Shown one piece after another: positions 18,532 to 28,182 of a stretch of 43,311 bases of DNA. The DNA is from a virus. Its lineage: Duplodnaviria; Heunggongvirae; Uroviricota; Caudoviricetes. The stretch is taken from positions 1 to 43,311 of the IMG/VR virus record IMGVR_UViG_2537561670_000003; one strand, 5' to 3'. Within the stretch, counting starts at the first letter, position 1. The number at the start of each line of letters is the position of its first letter. The notes under the pieces are model-generated. The model was not told where the DNA came from. It made no database searches and saw nothing but the letters and a program-made list of their open reading frames with translations. The translations under genes and the position numbers were made by a program.

Positions 18532-20031
18532 TTACTTTTTGCGCTGGCTTTCGGACGGTGGCGCGCCCGGTTCTTTGGCTTCGGCACTGGTGCCTCCTTT
18601 ATCATTGGCGGGGTCGGTGTCAAACACCAGGCCCTGTTCACGGTTCTCGTCAACCTCAGCTTTACGGCGTGACTTAACATCATCCGGGTTGCGACCGCTG
18701 GCACGTATCCAGTCGGATTCAGTAGCAGCACCGCCGCGGATCTGCGTTTTCCAGGCATTCGCTTCTTTAACGGGATCAATCCACGGCATAACGGGCCCCG
18801 AATAAACCGCGTTATAAAGCGAGTCCATATCAATGCCTCTCGGCAGCTTGATTTCTCCGGCAGCAATAGCCATCTTGAGCCAGGCTCGGTACATGGGCCG
18901 GGTCACTGAACCGATGAACCAGTCCTGAAGAATCAGATAGCCGTCGGTTGACTCGACAAGCTCCTGCCGCTGGGCACTGTACGTTCCGTTGTAGTTTCTG
19001 GATGTGCTGGAAAAGCTGAGGCGACTGCCGGCGGACACGGCACGCAGCTGTCCGTTACGAAAAGATTCGAGGTTAGGGTTCGGGCGATCGGATTTAATCA
19101 TCCCGATTTCTTCCCCGGCCTGCAGTTCGTCATAGAGCATACCGGGCTGAATCATCAGCTCGCGGTCATCGCTGCTTGAATCAGAATCGAAGCTCTGTCC
19201 GTCGCCTTTTTTGATATACATGCCGAGTGCCGCAGCAATTCTGGCAGCAGTAAGCTCCGAGTCCTCGTATTCTTTCAGCGCGCTCAGACGCATCAGAACA
19301 CCAGACAAAAGAGACGTTCCGCGGGTCTGGTGCAGGCGTCGGGTGAATTTGAGATGCAGCATGTTCTCTGCATCTATCTCTTTGGTATCAAACTGACGCC
19401 CGGATACTGGCAGGCTTTTATAGACCTGATATTTTTTCGGGCGTCCCCAGTTATCGACAAAAACGCCCTGATTGAGCTGGGTGGCAGCATCGCTGTTCAT
19501 CGGCACAAAGTCCGGCTCCAGCGCTTCCAGCCAGAACGGCACGCCAGCAACCGGCTGAAGACCATTTCCGGTACCGCGAACCAGCTGAGCAAATACCTCA
19601 CCGTCCCGGAGCCACGTTCGCAGCATCAGCCGCTCCAGCATTGGGCGGGTAAACTGGGTTGTGACATCTGGCCTTACGGACCATTCGCCCCACTTTCGGC
19701 GGATATCAGTGGCCAGCTTTTTAGCGATCTTCCCGTTACTCAGCATCGGATGCGGTTCAACTATGATGCCCTTCGCACCCACCACCCTTTCTTCCAGCTT
19801 GTCGAAAACGCCGATCACCAGATCGTGGTTGTTATCCAGCCAGCGCGCCTGCTGCCTCAGCGAAACCGCCCCCATCTGGCTGAGCTGATCGGCTGAACGA
19901 TTTTCCTTCTGGGCTTTGTGGGTACGCGTTTGCTTTACCGCCTCATACGCTTTAATAACTGCGCGGGCACGCAGGCGTGAGGCTTTCCAGCCTGGTGAAA
20001 ACAGGCCAATCGCATCATCTAAAAAACTCAT
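18532..20031 (-). CDS. B: Portal protein (lambda gpB family)
   Basis: 499 aa, located between W and the protease-capsid gene, as in lambda. Confidence 0.8.
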   Translation of the reverse strand: MSFLDDAIGLFSPGWKASRLRARAVIKAYEAVKQTRTHKAQKENRSADQLSQMGAVSLRQQARWLDNNHDLVIGVFDKLEERVVGAKGIIVEPHPMLSNGKIAKKLATDIRRKWGEWSVRPDVTTQFTRPMLERLMLRTWLRDGEVFAQLVRGTGNGLQPVAGVPFWLEALEPDFVPMNSDAATQLNQGVFVDNWGRPKKYQVYKSLPVSGRQFDTKEIDAENMLHLKFTRRLHQTRGTSLLSGVLMRLSALKEYEDSELTAARIAAALGMYIKKGDGQSFDSDSSSDDRELMIQPGMLYDELQAGEEIGMIKSDRPNPNLESFRNGQLRAVSAGSRLSFSSTSRNYNGTYSAQRQELVESTDGYLILQDWFIGSVTRPMYRAWLKMAIAAGEIKLPRGIDMDSLYNAVYSGPVMPWIDPVKEANAWKTQIRGGAATESDWIRASGRNPDDVKSRRKAEVDENREQGLVFDTDPANDKGGTSAEAKEPGAPPSESQRKK

Positions 20032-20267
20032 CCAAACCTCGCCAGCCTGTAGCCGGGTCGCCCACGGCGTTTGTTATTGAGCGTTGCCAGTCGTCGCTCC
20101 CATTCCTGACGGCCTTTTCTGATTTCCGACAGGTTTTCGAGCGTCATCTGCTGCCCGTTGAAAGTGATTGATTTCCCCTCCAGAACAGACAGCTCGGCTG
20201 CAGCATAGCGGTCGATCATGTTTTGAATATCTGCTGGATTCACACCCAACCTCCTGACGAAGACCAC
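20028..20267 (-). CDS. W: Head-tail connector protein W-like
   Basis: 79 aa between terminase A and portal; C-terminal RRGRPG resembles lambda gpW (recalled). Confidence 0.55.
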   Translation of the reverse strand: MVFVRRLGVNPADIQNMIDRYAAAELSVLEGKSITFNGQQMTLENLSEIRKGRQEWERRLATLNNKRRGRPGYRLARFG

Positions 20268-22342
20268 GGATTAGCCTGCTCGGTTACGGGCTTCTCACGT
20301 TTTGGTTTTGGTTTAGATTTCGGCGCAGGCGGCGGGGATGGCATTTCGCCAGCTTCCGTCTGCGTGTCCTCGATCCACGTTTCCCGCCGTGCCCACTCAG
20401 GAGCTGACGGCCATTTGATTTTTTCGTAACCACTAAGGATGGCGAGCGCGTCGGCATAAACGAGCAGGTCAAATGCTTCGTTTGCGCCCCGGCCGGGCTT
20501 ACTCCATTTCCCTTCATTCGAGCGTTCCTCATACGTCAGTTCGTCATAGAACCAGCTGCCCAGCCAGGCGGGGAAATGCACATAGCCAGGGCCGGGTGAA
20601 TCACGCCACAGCGCATTATTCACCCGGTCTTTAAGGGCATCGGTCTGGAGAAGATAAAGAGGCACATCACCAGTCGCCTGTGCGCGGCGCGTTGATCTGC
20701 CCGTGTTGTCGGGAAACGTTCGCTGGATAAGTTTGCTGCGCCTGACGCTGTCCCCTTTGAAGAGATAGATACGCTTACCCAGCCCCTCACGGCGACATCT
20801 GCGCCAGAACTTGTAGGCATTATCCGTCACGCCATCTTCGCCCCCTGAGTCCACGGCCATCGACATCAGCCGCATGCCCTTTGATGGGTCAGCTGCGAGC
20901 GGCCACGTTTTATCAAAGACGTCAGTGAGTAAAAGATCCCAGTCCTCCGGATAGCTCGCCGGATCCACCTGAATGCTTTCACCGTTGCCGTCGCAGCGCA
21001 GCGAATGCCGGATGTTGTAACGGTCAACTATCCAGCGCTCACCCATACTTCCATAACCCGTAATCTGCACAACAAAGCGCCGGTTGCGCCCGGCCTGCAC
21101 GTCCACGGTCGCAGTGAGAAACTGCACGCCGTTCGGTACCGAACGTTTTGGGACGTCTTCGGCACGCTGCTCGAGCAATTCACTTTTACGCTGCTCCATG
21201 CTGGCTCGCGGCAAATAGGGCCTGCCGAAATCGGTGTTGATCACCGTCTTCAGGGTTTCTTCGCTGCGCGTGGATTCATATTCCTGCTCGGCGGTCAGAA
21301 ACTTATAAATAAGCTGCGCCCAGGTCTGGTAAGCAGCTGCCGGACCTTCCATCCAGAAGGAGGCAATACGGGAACGACGGCCATCACCGCTAACCAGGCC
21401 TTTCCTGTCGATGGTTTGCCCGTCCCGGAGCCAGACACATTTCATGTTAAGCGCACGCTTCATGTCCGGTGTGATCCTGCCTTTACAGGCAGGGCACTGA
21501 AGAAACGCCGCTTCGCTGGCAAGCACAGGATCGCTGCTGTCGCGGTATCCGGTCATATTGTCCATTTCCGGCTGGAAATATTCGCCGCAATGCGGGCATG
21601 GCCAGTAAAGACGACGGCGGTCACCACGGTTATAGAGCGATAAAATTCCGGTGGTCGGAGGGGCTTCATGGGGCGTGGAGCGCCGCCATTTTGTGTCTCT
21701 GATATCCCTCCCGGGCGAGCTCTCAACCAGCGTCATCCCGGAGGACATGAATGTCGTGGTTCGTTTCGATGCCAGTGAAAAAGCATCCCCCTCCCCGTCG
21801 ATATCTTCCGGAAAGCGGTCATAATCCGTCAGCGCCACACTTTTATAGTCCGAGGACGACATGATATTGACGGATGGCCAGCCCAGCTTCAGATAGTTAC
21901 CGGCGCGGAATGTACGGTCGTAGACGTTGTTATCGTTACGTCTTGGGCTTAGCCGGGTTTTAACTTCAGGGCTACAGCGAAAAGTACGGTCCAGGCGTTT
22001 TTTGGAATGCTCGCGCGCTTTTTCCTCAGATACCTGAATTACAAGCATATCTGCCGGATCGCAGACAATGTTATAAACGATCCAGCCGTCAATCAGCCCG
22101 ATGGTTTTACCCGTTCGCGCTGGGCCCACAAACACAACCGCATCGTATTCACGCGATGCCAGACAGTTCATCGGCTCAATCACATAGGGTGCCAGATCCG
22201 GATCCCACGGAACTGAGTTTCCCGCCCCCATTGGCACGCGCATATAAGTACTGACCGCATCGGCCACCGGCATACGACGCGGGGCTCGTAAAATACCGGA
22301 AACATCGCGGCGGATGTCCCTGGCGGATGCCCGCTTTGCCAT
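20240..22342 (-). CDS. A: Terminase large subunit (gpA-like)
   Basis: 700 aa; Walker A motif VFVGPARTGKT near the N-terminus; follows Nu1 with overlapping stop/start. Confidence 0.9.
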   Translation of the reverse strand: MAKRASARDIRRDVSGILRAPRRMPVADAVSTYMRVPMGAGNSVPWDPDLAPYVIEPMNCLASREYDAVVFVGPARTGKTIGLIDGWIVYNIVCDPADMLVIQVSEEKAREHSKKRLDRTFRCSPEVKTRLSPRRNDNNVYDRTFRAGNYLKLGWPSVNIMSSSDYKSVALTDYDRFPEDIDGEGDAFSLASKRTTTFMSSGMTLVESSPGRDIRDTKWRRSTPHEAPPTTGILSLYNRGDRRRLYWPCPHCGEYFQPEMDNMTGYRDSSDPVLASEAAFLQCPACKGRITPDMKRALNMKCVWLRDGQTIDRKGLVSGDGRRSRIASFWMEGPAAAYQTWAQLIYKFLTAEQEYESTRSEETLKTVINTDFGRPYLPRASMEQRKSELLEQRAEDVPKRSVPNGVQFLTATVDVQAGRNRRFVVQITGYGSMGERWIVDRYNIRHSLRCDGNGESIQVDPASYPEDWDLLLTDVFDKTWPLAADPSKGMRLMSMAVDSGGEDGVTDNAYKFWRRCRREGLGKRIYLFKGDSVRRSKLIQRTFPDNTGRSTRRAQATGDVPLYLLQTDALKDRVNNALWRDSPGPGYVHFPAWLGSWFYDELTYEERSNEGKWSKPGRGANEAFDLLVYADALAILSGYEKIKWPSAPEWARRETWIEDTQTEAGEMPSPPPAPKSKPKPKREKPVTEQANPWSSSGGWV

Positions 22343-22842
22343 CAGTCCTCCTCAGGCTGCTCCTCCTCTTTTCCAGCGTCCTGCACCTTCTCCGCCATCT
22401 GGTCGCGCAGATCATCGATAACGCTTTGCACACGAACTACCGCAGCAGGCGTTAAAGCACAGTCGCGCTCGAGCACATCCGGGAGGGTTTCAAGTACCAT
22501 GACGACGGCTTTCGCCATCAATGAGAATTCTCGCGCCACTTCATCTGCGGGTATTAACTGCCCCGTATCCTGTTCGAACTTCAGCCTCTCGTTCTCTGCT
22601 TTCCAGTGGGACAGCCTGTCAGAAGGGGGCATATCGTCGATGTTGGCCGAAACGGTAGGGATCATCAGTTCGGTCAGAATGTCGGTCACCAGATAGAGCT
22701 TTAACTTGCTATTGCTGCCTGGAGCAGGTTCAACATTTTTCAGTCTCGCGGCAACCGTCTGACGGTGTACGCCGGTTATCCCTGCCAGCTGGTTGATATT
22801 GAGTTTTAAAGTGGCAATTTCCTGGTCCATGATGGTGAACAC
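22342..22842 (-). CDS. nu1: Terminase small subunit (Nu1-like, HTH)
   Basis: N-terminal HTH ...LAGITGVHRQTVAARL..., adjacent to the cos-like site. Confidence 0.7.
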   Translation of the reverse strand: MFTIMDQEIATLKLNINQLAGITGVHRQTVAARLKNVEPAPGSNSKLKLYLVTDILTELMIPTVSANIDDMPPSDRLSHWKAENERLKFEQDTGQLIPADEVAREFSLMAKAVVMVLETLPDVLERDCALTPAAVVRVQSVIDDLRDQMAEKVQDAGKEEEQPEED

Positions 22843-22941
22843 TTTTTGAACGATTCGACATGTTGCGAAAATGGCCTCTAATTAAATCAAAGACCTGCGC
22901 ACATGATGATGATGACCCTGGATCCGAAAAACTAGCCGTTT

Positions 22942-22960
22942 CCCGCGAGCACGCCGCCCC
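22942..22960. other. cosN-like cohesive end site (minus strand GGGGCGGCGTGCTCGCGGG)
   Basis: Matches the lambda left end GGGCGGCGACCTCGCGGG (recalled) at 16 of 18 positions. Correct position and orientation upstream of Nu1. Confidence 0.45.
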
Positions 22961-23013
22961 GTGGCAGGGTCCCCCTCCGGGAGTACCTTTTGATAATAAT
23001 TATCAATTGCACA

Positions 23014-23742
23014 CTATCGACGGCACTGCTGCCAGATAACACCACCGGGGAAACATTCCATCATGATGGCCGTGCGGACATAGGAAGCCAGTTCATCCAT
23101 CGCTTTCTTGTCTGCTGCCATTTGCTTTGTGACATCCAGCGCCGCACATTCAGCAGCGTTTTTCAGCGCGTTTTCGATCAACGTTTCAATGTTGGTATCA
23201 ACACCAGGTTTAACTTTGAACTTATCGGCACTGACGGTTACCTTGTTCTGCGCTGGCTCATCACGCTGGATACCAAGGCTGATGTTGTAGATATTGGTCA
23301 CCGGCTGAGGTGTTTCGATTGCCGCTGCGTGGATAGCACCATTTGCGATAGCGGCGTCCTTGATGAATGACACTCCATTGCGAATAAGTTCGAAGGAGAC
23401 GGTGTCACGAATGCGCTGGTCCAGCTCGTCGATTGCCTTTTGTGCAGCAGAGGTATCAATCTCAACGCCAAGCGTCATCGAAGCGCAATATTGCTGCTCA
23501 CCAAAACGCGTATTGACCAGGTGTTCAACGGCAAATTTCTGCCCTTCTGATGTCAGAAAGGTAAAGTGATTTTCTTTCTGGTATTCAGTTGCTGTGTGTC
23601 TGGTTTCAGCAAAACCAAGCTCGCGCAATTCGGCTGTGCCAGATTTAGAAGGCAGATCACCAGACAGCAACGCGCCACGGAAAAACAGCGCATAAAGCAC
23701 TTCATTAGCAGCGCCAGATAGCGTAATGATTTTGTTACTCAT
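23014..23742 (-). CDS. Hypothetical protein (last late-operon gene before cos)
   Basis: 242 aa from the ATG at 23742, which has an AAGGAA SD 8 nt upstream. No recognisable family. Confidence 0.5.
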   Translation of the reverse strand: MSNKIITLSGAANEVLYALFFRGALLSGDLPSKSGTAELRELGFAETRHTATEYQKENHFTFLTSEGQKFAVEHLVNTRFGEQQYCASMTLGVEIDTSAAQKAIDELDQRIRDTVSFELIRNGVSFIKDAAIANGAIHAAAIETPQPVTNIYNISLGIQRDEPAQNKVTVSADKFKVKPGVDTNIETLIENALKNAAECAALDVTKQMAADKKAMDELASYVRTAIMMECFPGGVIWQQCRR

Positions 23743-24127
23743 GGAATATTTCCTTTTAGGCGTGAGCCTGTCGCACGGCAATGCCGCCCGAGAGGTAAAC
23801 GCAACCTAACGGCATCACCCAGGCTCACTACTGAAAGACTCTCTTTGATGTGCGCGTGCGATGCGCGTAGAAGACTGATTTATCAACCTGTCTTTATATC
23901 AGGATTCATTACCTGACTATTTGTGGGTAAAGTTCGTAGTGCGCTGATCGTGCAAAATGATTTTAGTTGGGAACAGTTCGCAACTCTGTCCCATAAAAAT
24001 CAGCATATTCCCATCTATCCCATATCCAGCGCATTGACCATCGGGATACTGAAGGGAGATTCCATCATCTCTTAGAAAGATCACCATCTCTTTTGTTTCA
24101 ATTTGCATATAGCTACCTGGAGGATTT

Positions 24128-24742
24128 ATGAATGCAAGGATTTTCATGGACTATTACCATGAGATTGATTTTCCATCTTTATTCGCGAGAGCAGTGGAAA
24201 GCGATGACGATGTGGGTACTACATTGCGCATTCACCTACTTTGTGAGCGCATGGTCGAAGCATGGATATGCGCATGCTGTGACTGCCAAGATCTCTTTGG
24301 AAGAGATAAAAACAAACTTTTAATCGAATGTAATACTAAAATATCCATGGCGGGAAACCTGGGAATCCCCCCGGAACTTATGAAATCACTTAAAACCATC
24401 AACTCAATGCGTAATGACCTTGCACACAATCCATCAATACAAAGCATTGCTGATTCAAGGATCCAGAGCCTGAAGGATACTCTGACTGAATACTTTAAAC
24501 AGCATCCAACGGAACCCAGCATGGAAGAATCAAAACTGGGTATTTTTAACGCCGAGAATCAATTAACCGAAGAAGTTTCCTTAGATAGTGACAGTTCAAA
24601 AAACAGACTTAAGTTAATCTTGCTGTTCAGCAAGTTAATGCAGGCGTTAATGCAATTAGTTGCAGCTAATCATAATGGGCGCTGGGATAACCAATTTAGC
24701 CAATTCGTTTACCATGTGACCATGAACGCAACAAAGAGATAA
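24128..24742 (+). CDS. Hypothetical protein with Rx4H (HEPN-like) motif; moron on opposite strand to late operon
   Basis: 204 aa; GGAGG SD 5 nt upstream; AT-rich flanks; motif R95-N-D-L-A-H100. Convergent with the minus-strand small gene, with hairpins between them. Confidence 0.55.
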   Translation: MNARIFMDYYHEIDFPSLFARAVESDDDVGTTLRIHLLCERMVEAWICACCDCQDLFGRDKNKLLIECNTKISMAGNLGIPPELMKSLKTINSMRNDLAHNPSIQSIADSRIQSLKDTLTEYFKQHPTEPSMEESKLGIFNAENQLTEEVSLDSDSSKNRLKLILLFSKLMQALMQLVAANHNGRWDNQFSQFVYHVTMNATKR

Positions 24743-24810
24743 ATCCAAGCCCGTTTTGTACGGGCTGTTGCATTATCACAGGCACTCAGTGAATGCCTGC
24801 TGTAATGCCG

Positions 24811-25008
24811 CTAGTCGTCGAGTTGCAACACACCGTGATCCAGTGATTCTGAATAGGCGATAAGTCCGGTATAACCGGGGATAATCTCACCATTATCAGC
24901 TTCAAATTCAGGAATTGTGCCGGTGGTGATGGTGTATTGAGGCTGGCCATCTTCCTTCGCGAAGGCTGCCAGGTCTTCAATCTGCTTAGCTGTAAGAACT
25001 ACTGTCAT
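24811..25008 (-). CDS. Small acidic hypothetical protein
   Basis: GAGGA SD 6 nt upstream of the second ATG (MTVVLTAKQIEDL...), downstream of Rz. Confidence 0.4.
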   Translation of the reverse strand: MTVVLTAKQIEDLAAFAKEDGQPQYTITTGTIPEFEADNGEIIPGYTGLIAYSESLDHGVLQLDD

Positions 25009-25221
25009 GCTCATTCCTCAGTTGTAAAAAAGCCCCGCGAGTGCGAGGCGATTTGATTGAATTCTCGGCTCTTATCTCAGCGCAGCCCCTTACTGCGTGC
25101 CGGTTGCTCGGTGATGAGCATCAGCGATGAGACATTAAAGCCGACCGAAGGCCAGCGGCGTTCCTCATGTTGCCGACAGAGCCATATCGACAAGAGGACG
25201 AAAACTAGCAGCATGAATCGC

Positions 25222-25725
25222 CTATTGGTTATTCGACAGTCGCACTGATTCGTAAATCCGCTCACACGTCATTCCTGCCCGGTAGCTTTCGTCAGATCGT
25301 CCAGCATAATATCGAGCTGCTTCTGCAAGGCTTCCGAGCATGTCGGCAAGCATTGCTGCGTTGGCTCCGGCTGTTTTGCTTCTGACGGAAGTGGCGAGAT
25401 CTGCGGTGTGCTTTGCGGCGTCCATGTGGGTAGCGAGTTTTGTTGCTTCGGCGCGCAGCTGCTTAACAGTGGTAGCCAGGCCAGCAGAAGTAACGGCAGC
25501 GCTCGCTGCTTGAGCTTGAGCATCTTTAACGGCCTCATCCCGGGCGATTGTTCGCCCTTGTTCAATCATACGAGCTGCGGTCTGTGCATTCGCTTCCTGT
25601 GAAGATTCCGCGCTATCCCGGTCAGCCCACTTTATTTTCCAGCTGCGGTTCGTCCACTCACTGCCAGCGAGAAACGAACCTACCAACGCAACAATCACAA
25701 TGATGCAGATGCCACCCGGCTTCAC
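25222..25725 (-). CDS. Rz: Spanin, inner membrane subunit (Rz-like)
   Basis: N-terminal transmembrane segment ICIIVIVALVGSFLAG then coiled-coil Ala/Gln-rich region. GTG start overlaps the endolysin stop (GTGA). Confidence 0.65.
   Translation of the reverse strand: MKPGGICIIVIVALVGSFLAGSEWTNRSWKIKWADRDSAESSQEANAQTAARMIEQGRTIARDEAVKDAQAQAASAAVTSAGLATTVKQLRAEATKLATHMDAAKHTADLATSVRSKTAGANAAMLADMLGSLAEAARYYAGRSDESYRAGMTCERIYESVRLSNNQ
25269..25523 (-). CDS. Rz1: Spanin, outer membrane lipoprotein subunit (Rz1-like), embedded in Rz in another frame
   Basis: Signal peptide plus lipobox LLSSC and a proline-rich mature part; lies wholly inside Rz. Confidence 0.6.
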   Translation of the reverse strand: MLKLKQRALPLLLLAWLPLLSSCAPKQQNSLPTWTPQSTPQISPLPSEAKQPEPTQQCLPTCSEALQKQLDIMLDDLTKATGQE

Positions 25726-26270
25726 TGGTCTATCCCCCAGCACGTCAGTGCGCTTTCCTGGTCCCGCCGTTCTACCTGCCCATAACATCCATCCTTCTGG
25801 CCCTTGGTCAGGCGGCAATCGCGGCCACCGTCTTTAATCCACCAGCGGATAGCTTCACAGGCTCCTTTCGTATCGCCAGCATTAATTCGCTTATAGAACG
25901 TAGACGGGAAACATTTTCCGGGGCCGATGTTATATGGGCAGAAAGAAGCGATACCCGCTTTCTGTGGTTCGGTCAGTGGTACTTTGATATTTCGGTCAAC
26001 CCACGCCAGCGCCTTGTCGCGTTCAATGGCGTTTACCTGGGCGCATTTCTCAGCTGACAGCTTCATGCCCTGTACTACTGGCTTGCCATCAACCATTGTT
26101 GCACCACGGCAAATGGTCCAGAGTCCGCCGCCGTCGCGATATGCTGTCAAGCTGTTACCCTCTTTCTCATCCAGAAACTGATCGAGAATCACGGGTGCGG
26201 AAGCCCCGGCAAGAATCAAACCAACGACCGCTGCGCTCAATTTATTCTTCAGCTTTAGAGACATAGCCAT
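25722..26270 (-). CDS. SAR endolysin (T4-lysozyme-like muramidase with N-terminal signal-arrest-release domain)
   Basis: N-terminal weakly hydrophobic Gly/Ala-rich segment LSAAVVGLILAGASAPVIL; E...D...T catalytic spacing; resembles phage 21 R (recalled). Confidence 0.85.
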   Translation of the reverse strand: MAMSLKLKNKLSAAVVGLILAGASAPVILDQFLDEKEGNSLTAYRDGGGLWTICRGATMVDGKPVVQGMKLSAEKCAQVNAIERDKALAWVDRNIKVPLTEPQKAGIASFCPYNIGPGKCFPSTFYKRINAGDTKGACEAIRWWIKDGGRDCRLTKGQKDGCYGQVERRDQESALTCWGIDQ

Positions 26271-26520
26271 TGCGCCGATCCTCCCGTTCTTTCCAGCGGA
26301 AATACCAGTTCACTGCACAGGTGATTACCGTGCATGCGATACCGACAATAATTGCCCAGTCGCTCAGGCTTAACCCTGCAATTCTGTCGGCCAACATCCA
26401 GGACACCTCTTTTGCTGTTTTAGCTGTTTCGGCATATGCCTTCGCTGATACACCGCAGCCGGCAAGCGTGGTTCCTGATCCATATGAAAGTCTGCTGTAA
26501 ATGGTGCTCATTCTGGTCAT
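26242..26520 (-). CDS. Holin, phage-21 S-like (pinholin type)
   Basis: C-terminal ...NWYFRWKEREDRRNG resembles S21 ...NLYFKIREDRRKAA (recalled). Overlaps the endolysin start. Confidence 0.7.
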   Translation of the reverse strand: MTRMSTIYSRLSYGSGTTLAGCGVSAKAYAETAKTAKEVSWMLADRIAGLSLSDWAIIVGIACTVITCAVNWYFRWKEREDRRNGYVSKAEE

Positions 26521-26665
26521 AGCCTCACCTCCGATAGTTCGGATGGCGCTGTGTGTGATTGAAGGGGATCAGGCAACCGGGCTCTTATGTTCAAGTAAAA
26601 ATTAAGGATGATTCCCGGTGCCTGAAGATGGTGATCACCACAGCAACGGGGGAGCGTGGTGATCG

Positions 26666-27718
26666 TTATGATTTTTTCAGTTTTTCCACCTCTTCGGTGG
26701 TCTGTATAAACCTGTCTGCCTCCAGTTCTACGCCGATCGCCCGACGGCCAAGTTCTATTGCAGCTTTCACAGTTGAACCAGAGCCCATAAAGAAATCGGC
26801 AACGATATCCCCCGGTCTGCTGCTGGCGCTAATGATCTGTTTCAGCATGTCGGCAGGTTTTTCGCATGGATGTTTGCCTGGATAAAACTGAACAGGCTTA
26901 TGTGTCCATACGTCGGTATAAGGAACAAGAGCGGAAACAGAGAAGCAGCGCCGAAGGATTTTGTATTCCTCCAGCAATTCTGAATACTTGCGGTTTAATG
27001 ACTGGTAGGTAGCCACCAGCTGGTGGTGAGGATGTTCAAGCTTTTGCTGAATATGTTTATCGATGGCGATCCGCGTGAACAGTTCCTGCAATTTTCGATA
27101 GTCCACTTCATTCGGTAGTTGCCATTGGCTTGCACCAAACCAGTGTGACGCCATGTTTTTCTTTCCGGTTGCCTCAGCTATTTCTTTCGAGCTGACACCC
27201 AGTGATTCACGGGCATTACGGAAGTAATCAATCAGCGGCGTCATAATGTGCTGCTTTAGCTCTGTGCTTTTCCTTTCGTAAACATCCTCTTTACCTGTAT
27301 ACGGTCCAAGATAGTGCTCAGCAAACAAAATCCGTTCCGTAGATGGAAAGTACGCACGCAGGCTTTCTTTATTACATCCATTCCAGCGGCCCGATGGTTT
27401 TGCCCAAATGATGTGATTCAAAACGTTGAATCGGGCGCGCATCATAATCTCTATATCTGAGGCCAGTCGGTGACCGCAAAACAGGTAGATGCTGCCAGCA
27501 GGTTTAAGAACGCGAGCATACTCAGCCAGGCAGCTATCAAGCCAGCGTAAGTAGTCCTCGTCCCCCTTCCATTGGTTGTCCCAGCCGTTGGGCTTCACTT
27601 TGAAGTACGGAGGATCCGTAACTATAAGATCAATAGAGTTATCCGGGAGGGTGGCGACGTAATGCAGACTATCAGCGTTGATTAACTCAACACTGTTTAT
27701 TTTTACAGTATTTTTCAT
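26666..27718 (-). CDS. Orphan DNA methyltransferase (beta-class N6A/N4C, DPPY motif)
   Basis: LIVTDPPYF motif plus C-terminal AdoMet-binding DFFMGSGST; no adjacent restriction endonuclease gene. Confidence 0.85.
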   Translation of the reverse strand: MKNTVKINSVELINADSLHYVATLPDNSIDLIVTDPPYFKVKPNGWDNQWKGDEDYLRWLDSCLAEYARVLKPAGSIYLFCGHRLASDIEIMMRARFNVLNHIIWAKPSGRWNGCNKESLRAYFPSTERILFAEHYLGPYTGKEDVYERKSTELKQHIMTPLIDYFRNARESLGVSSKEIAEATGKKNMASHWFGASQWQLPNEVDYRKLQELFTRIAIDKHIQQKLEHPHHQLVATYQSLNRKYSELLEEYKILRRCFSVSALVPYTDVWTHKPVQFYPGKHPCEKPADMLKQIISASSRPGDIVADFFMGSGSTVKAAIELGRRAIGVELEADRFIQTTEEVEKLKKS

Positions 27719-27868
27719 AGATCAGTAAGCGTAACTCTGATAGGCTCACGTTGCTTTTGCGCTAAAGCAGTGGGCCTTGGTTAGCTTGTGACCTGAAAGC
27801 ATGAGCTGATGGCTGGCCGGGTGCGCTAACACCCACCAGCCGCCCATTTCCACAGCAGAAAACCCCCA

Positions 27869-28060
27869 TTACTGGAGGCGTTTATAACATCCGAACTGGT
27901 AATCAGATAACCCCGCCATCACCAGCTGCGTAAGTATGAGCTGGCAACGTTCGTGGCTGAGGTGGGTATTCTGTGCAATCTCCCCAGCCGTTGCTGGTTT
28001 ATCGCTTAATTCATTGAAAACAGCCTTTGCCGTTTCTGTCATATCTTCCTGATTTAGCAT
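27869..28060 (-). CDS. Small hypothetical protein (possible winged-helix DNA-binding)
   Basis: 63 aa, upstream of and co-oriented with the methyltransferase gene. Confidence 0.4.
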   Translation of the reverse strand: MLNQEDMTETAKAVFNELSDKPATAGEIAQNTHLSHERCQLILTQLVMAGLSDYQFGCYKRLQ

Positions 28061-28182
28061 GTCTTTTACCTAAAATTAGTTGCGTGACATACAGATAACT
28101 CTGGTTGGTGATACCAGCAAGAGAAGAATTTGATTCTGCAACCAACAAGGCCTTTAGGCATCAGGCAGGAATGAGATGCAAT

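Noticed and set aside
23917-24147. 76-aa minus-strand ORF overlapping the start of the HEPN-like gene
   Set aside because: No RBS, and its start overlaps the SD and start of the well-supported plus-strand gene; it lies in the likely promoter region. Not excluded, but unsupported.
25020-25265. Overlapping 62-63-aa ORFs on both strands between Rz and the small acidic protein gene
   Set aside because: They span a terminator-like hairpin (CCUCGC-ACUC-GCGGGG plus U-run) and the Rz 3' end, with no RBS.
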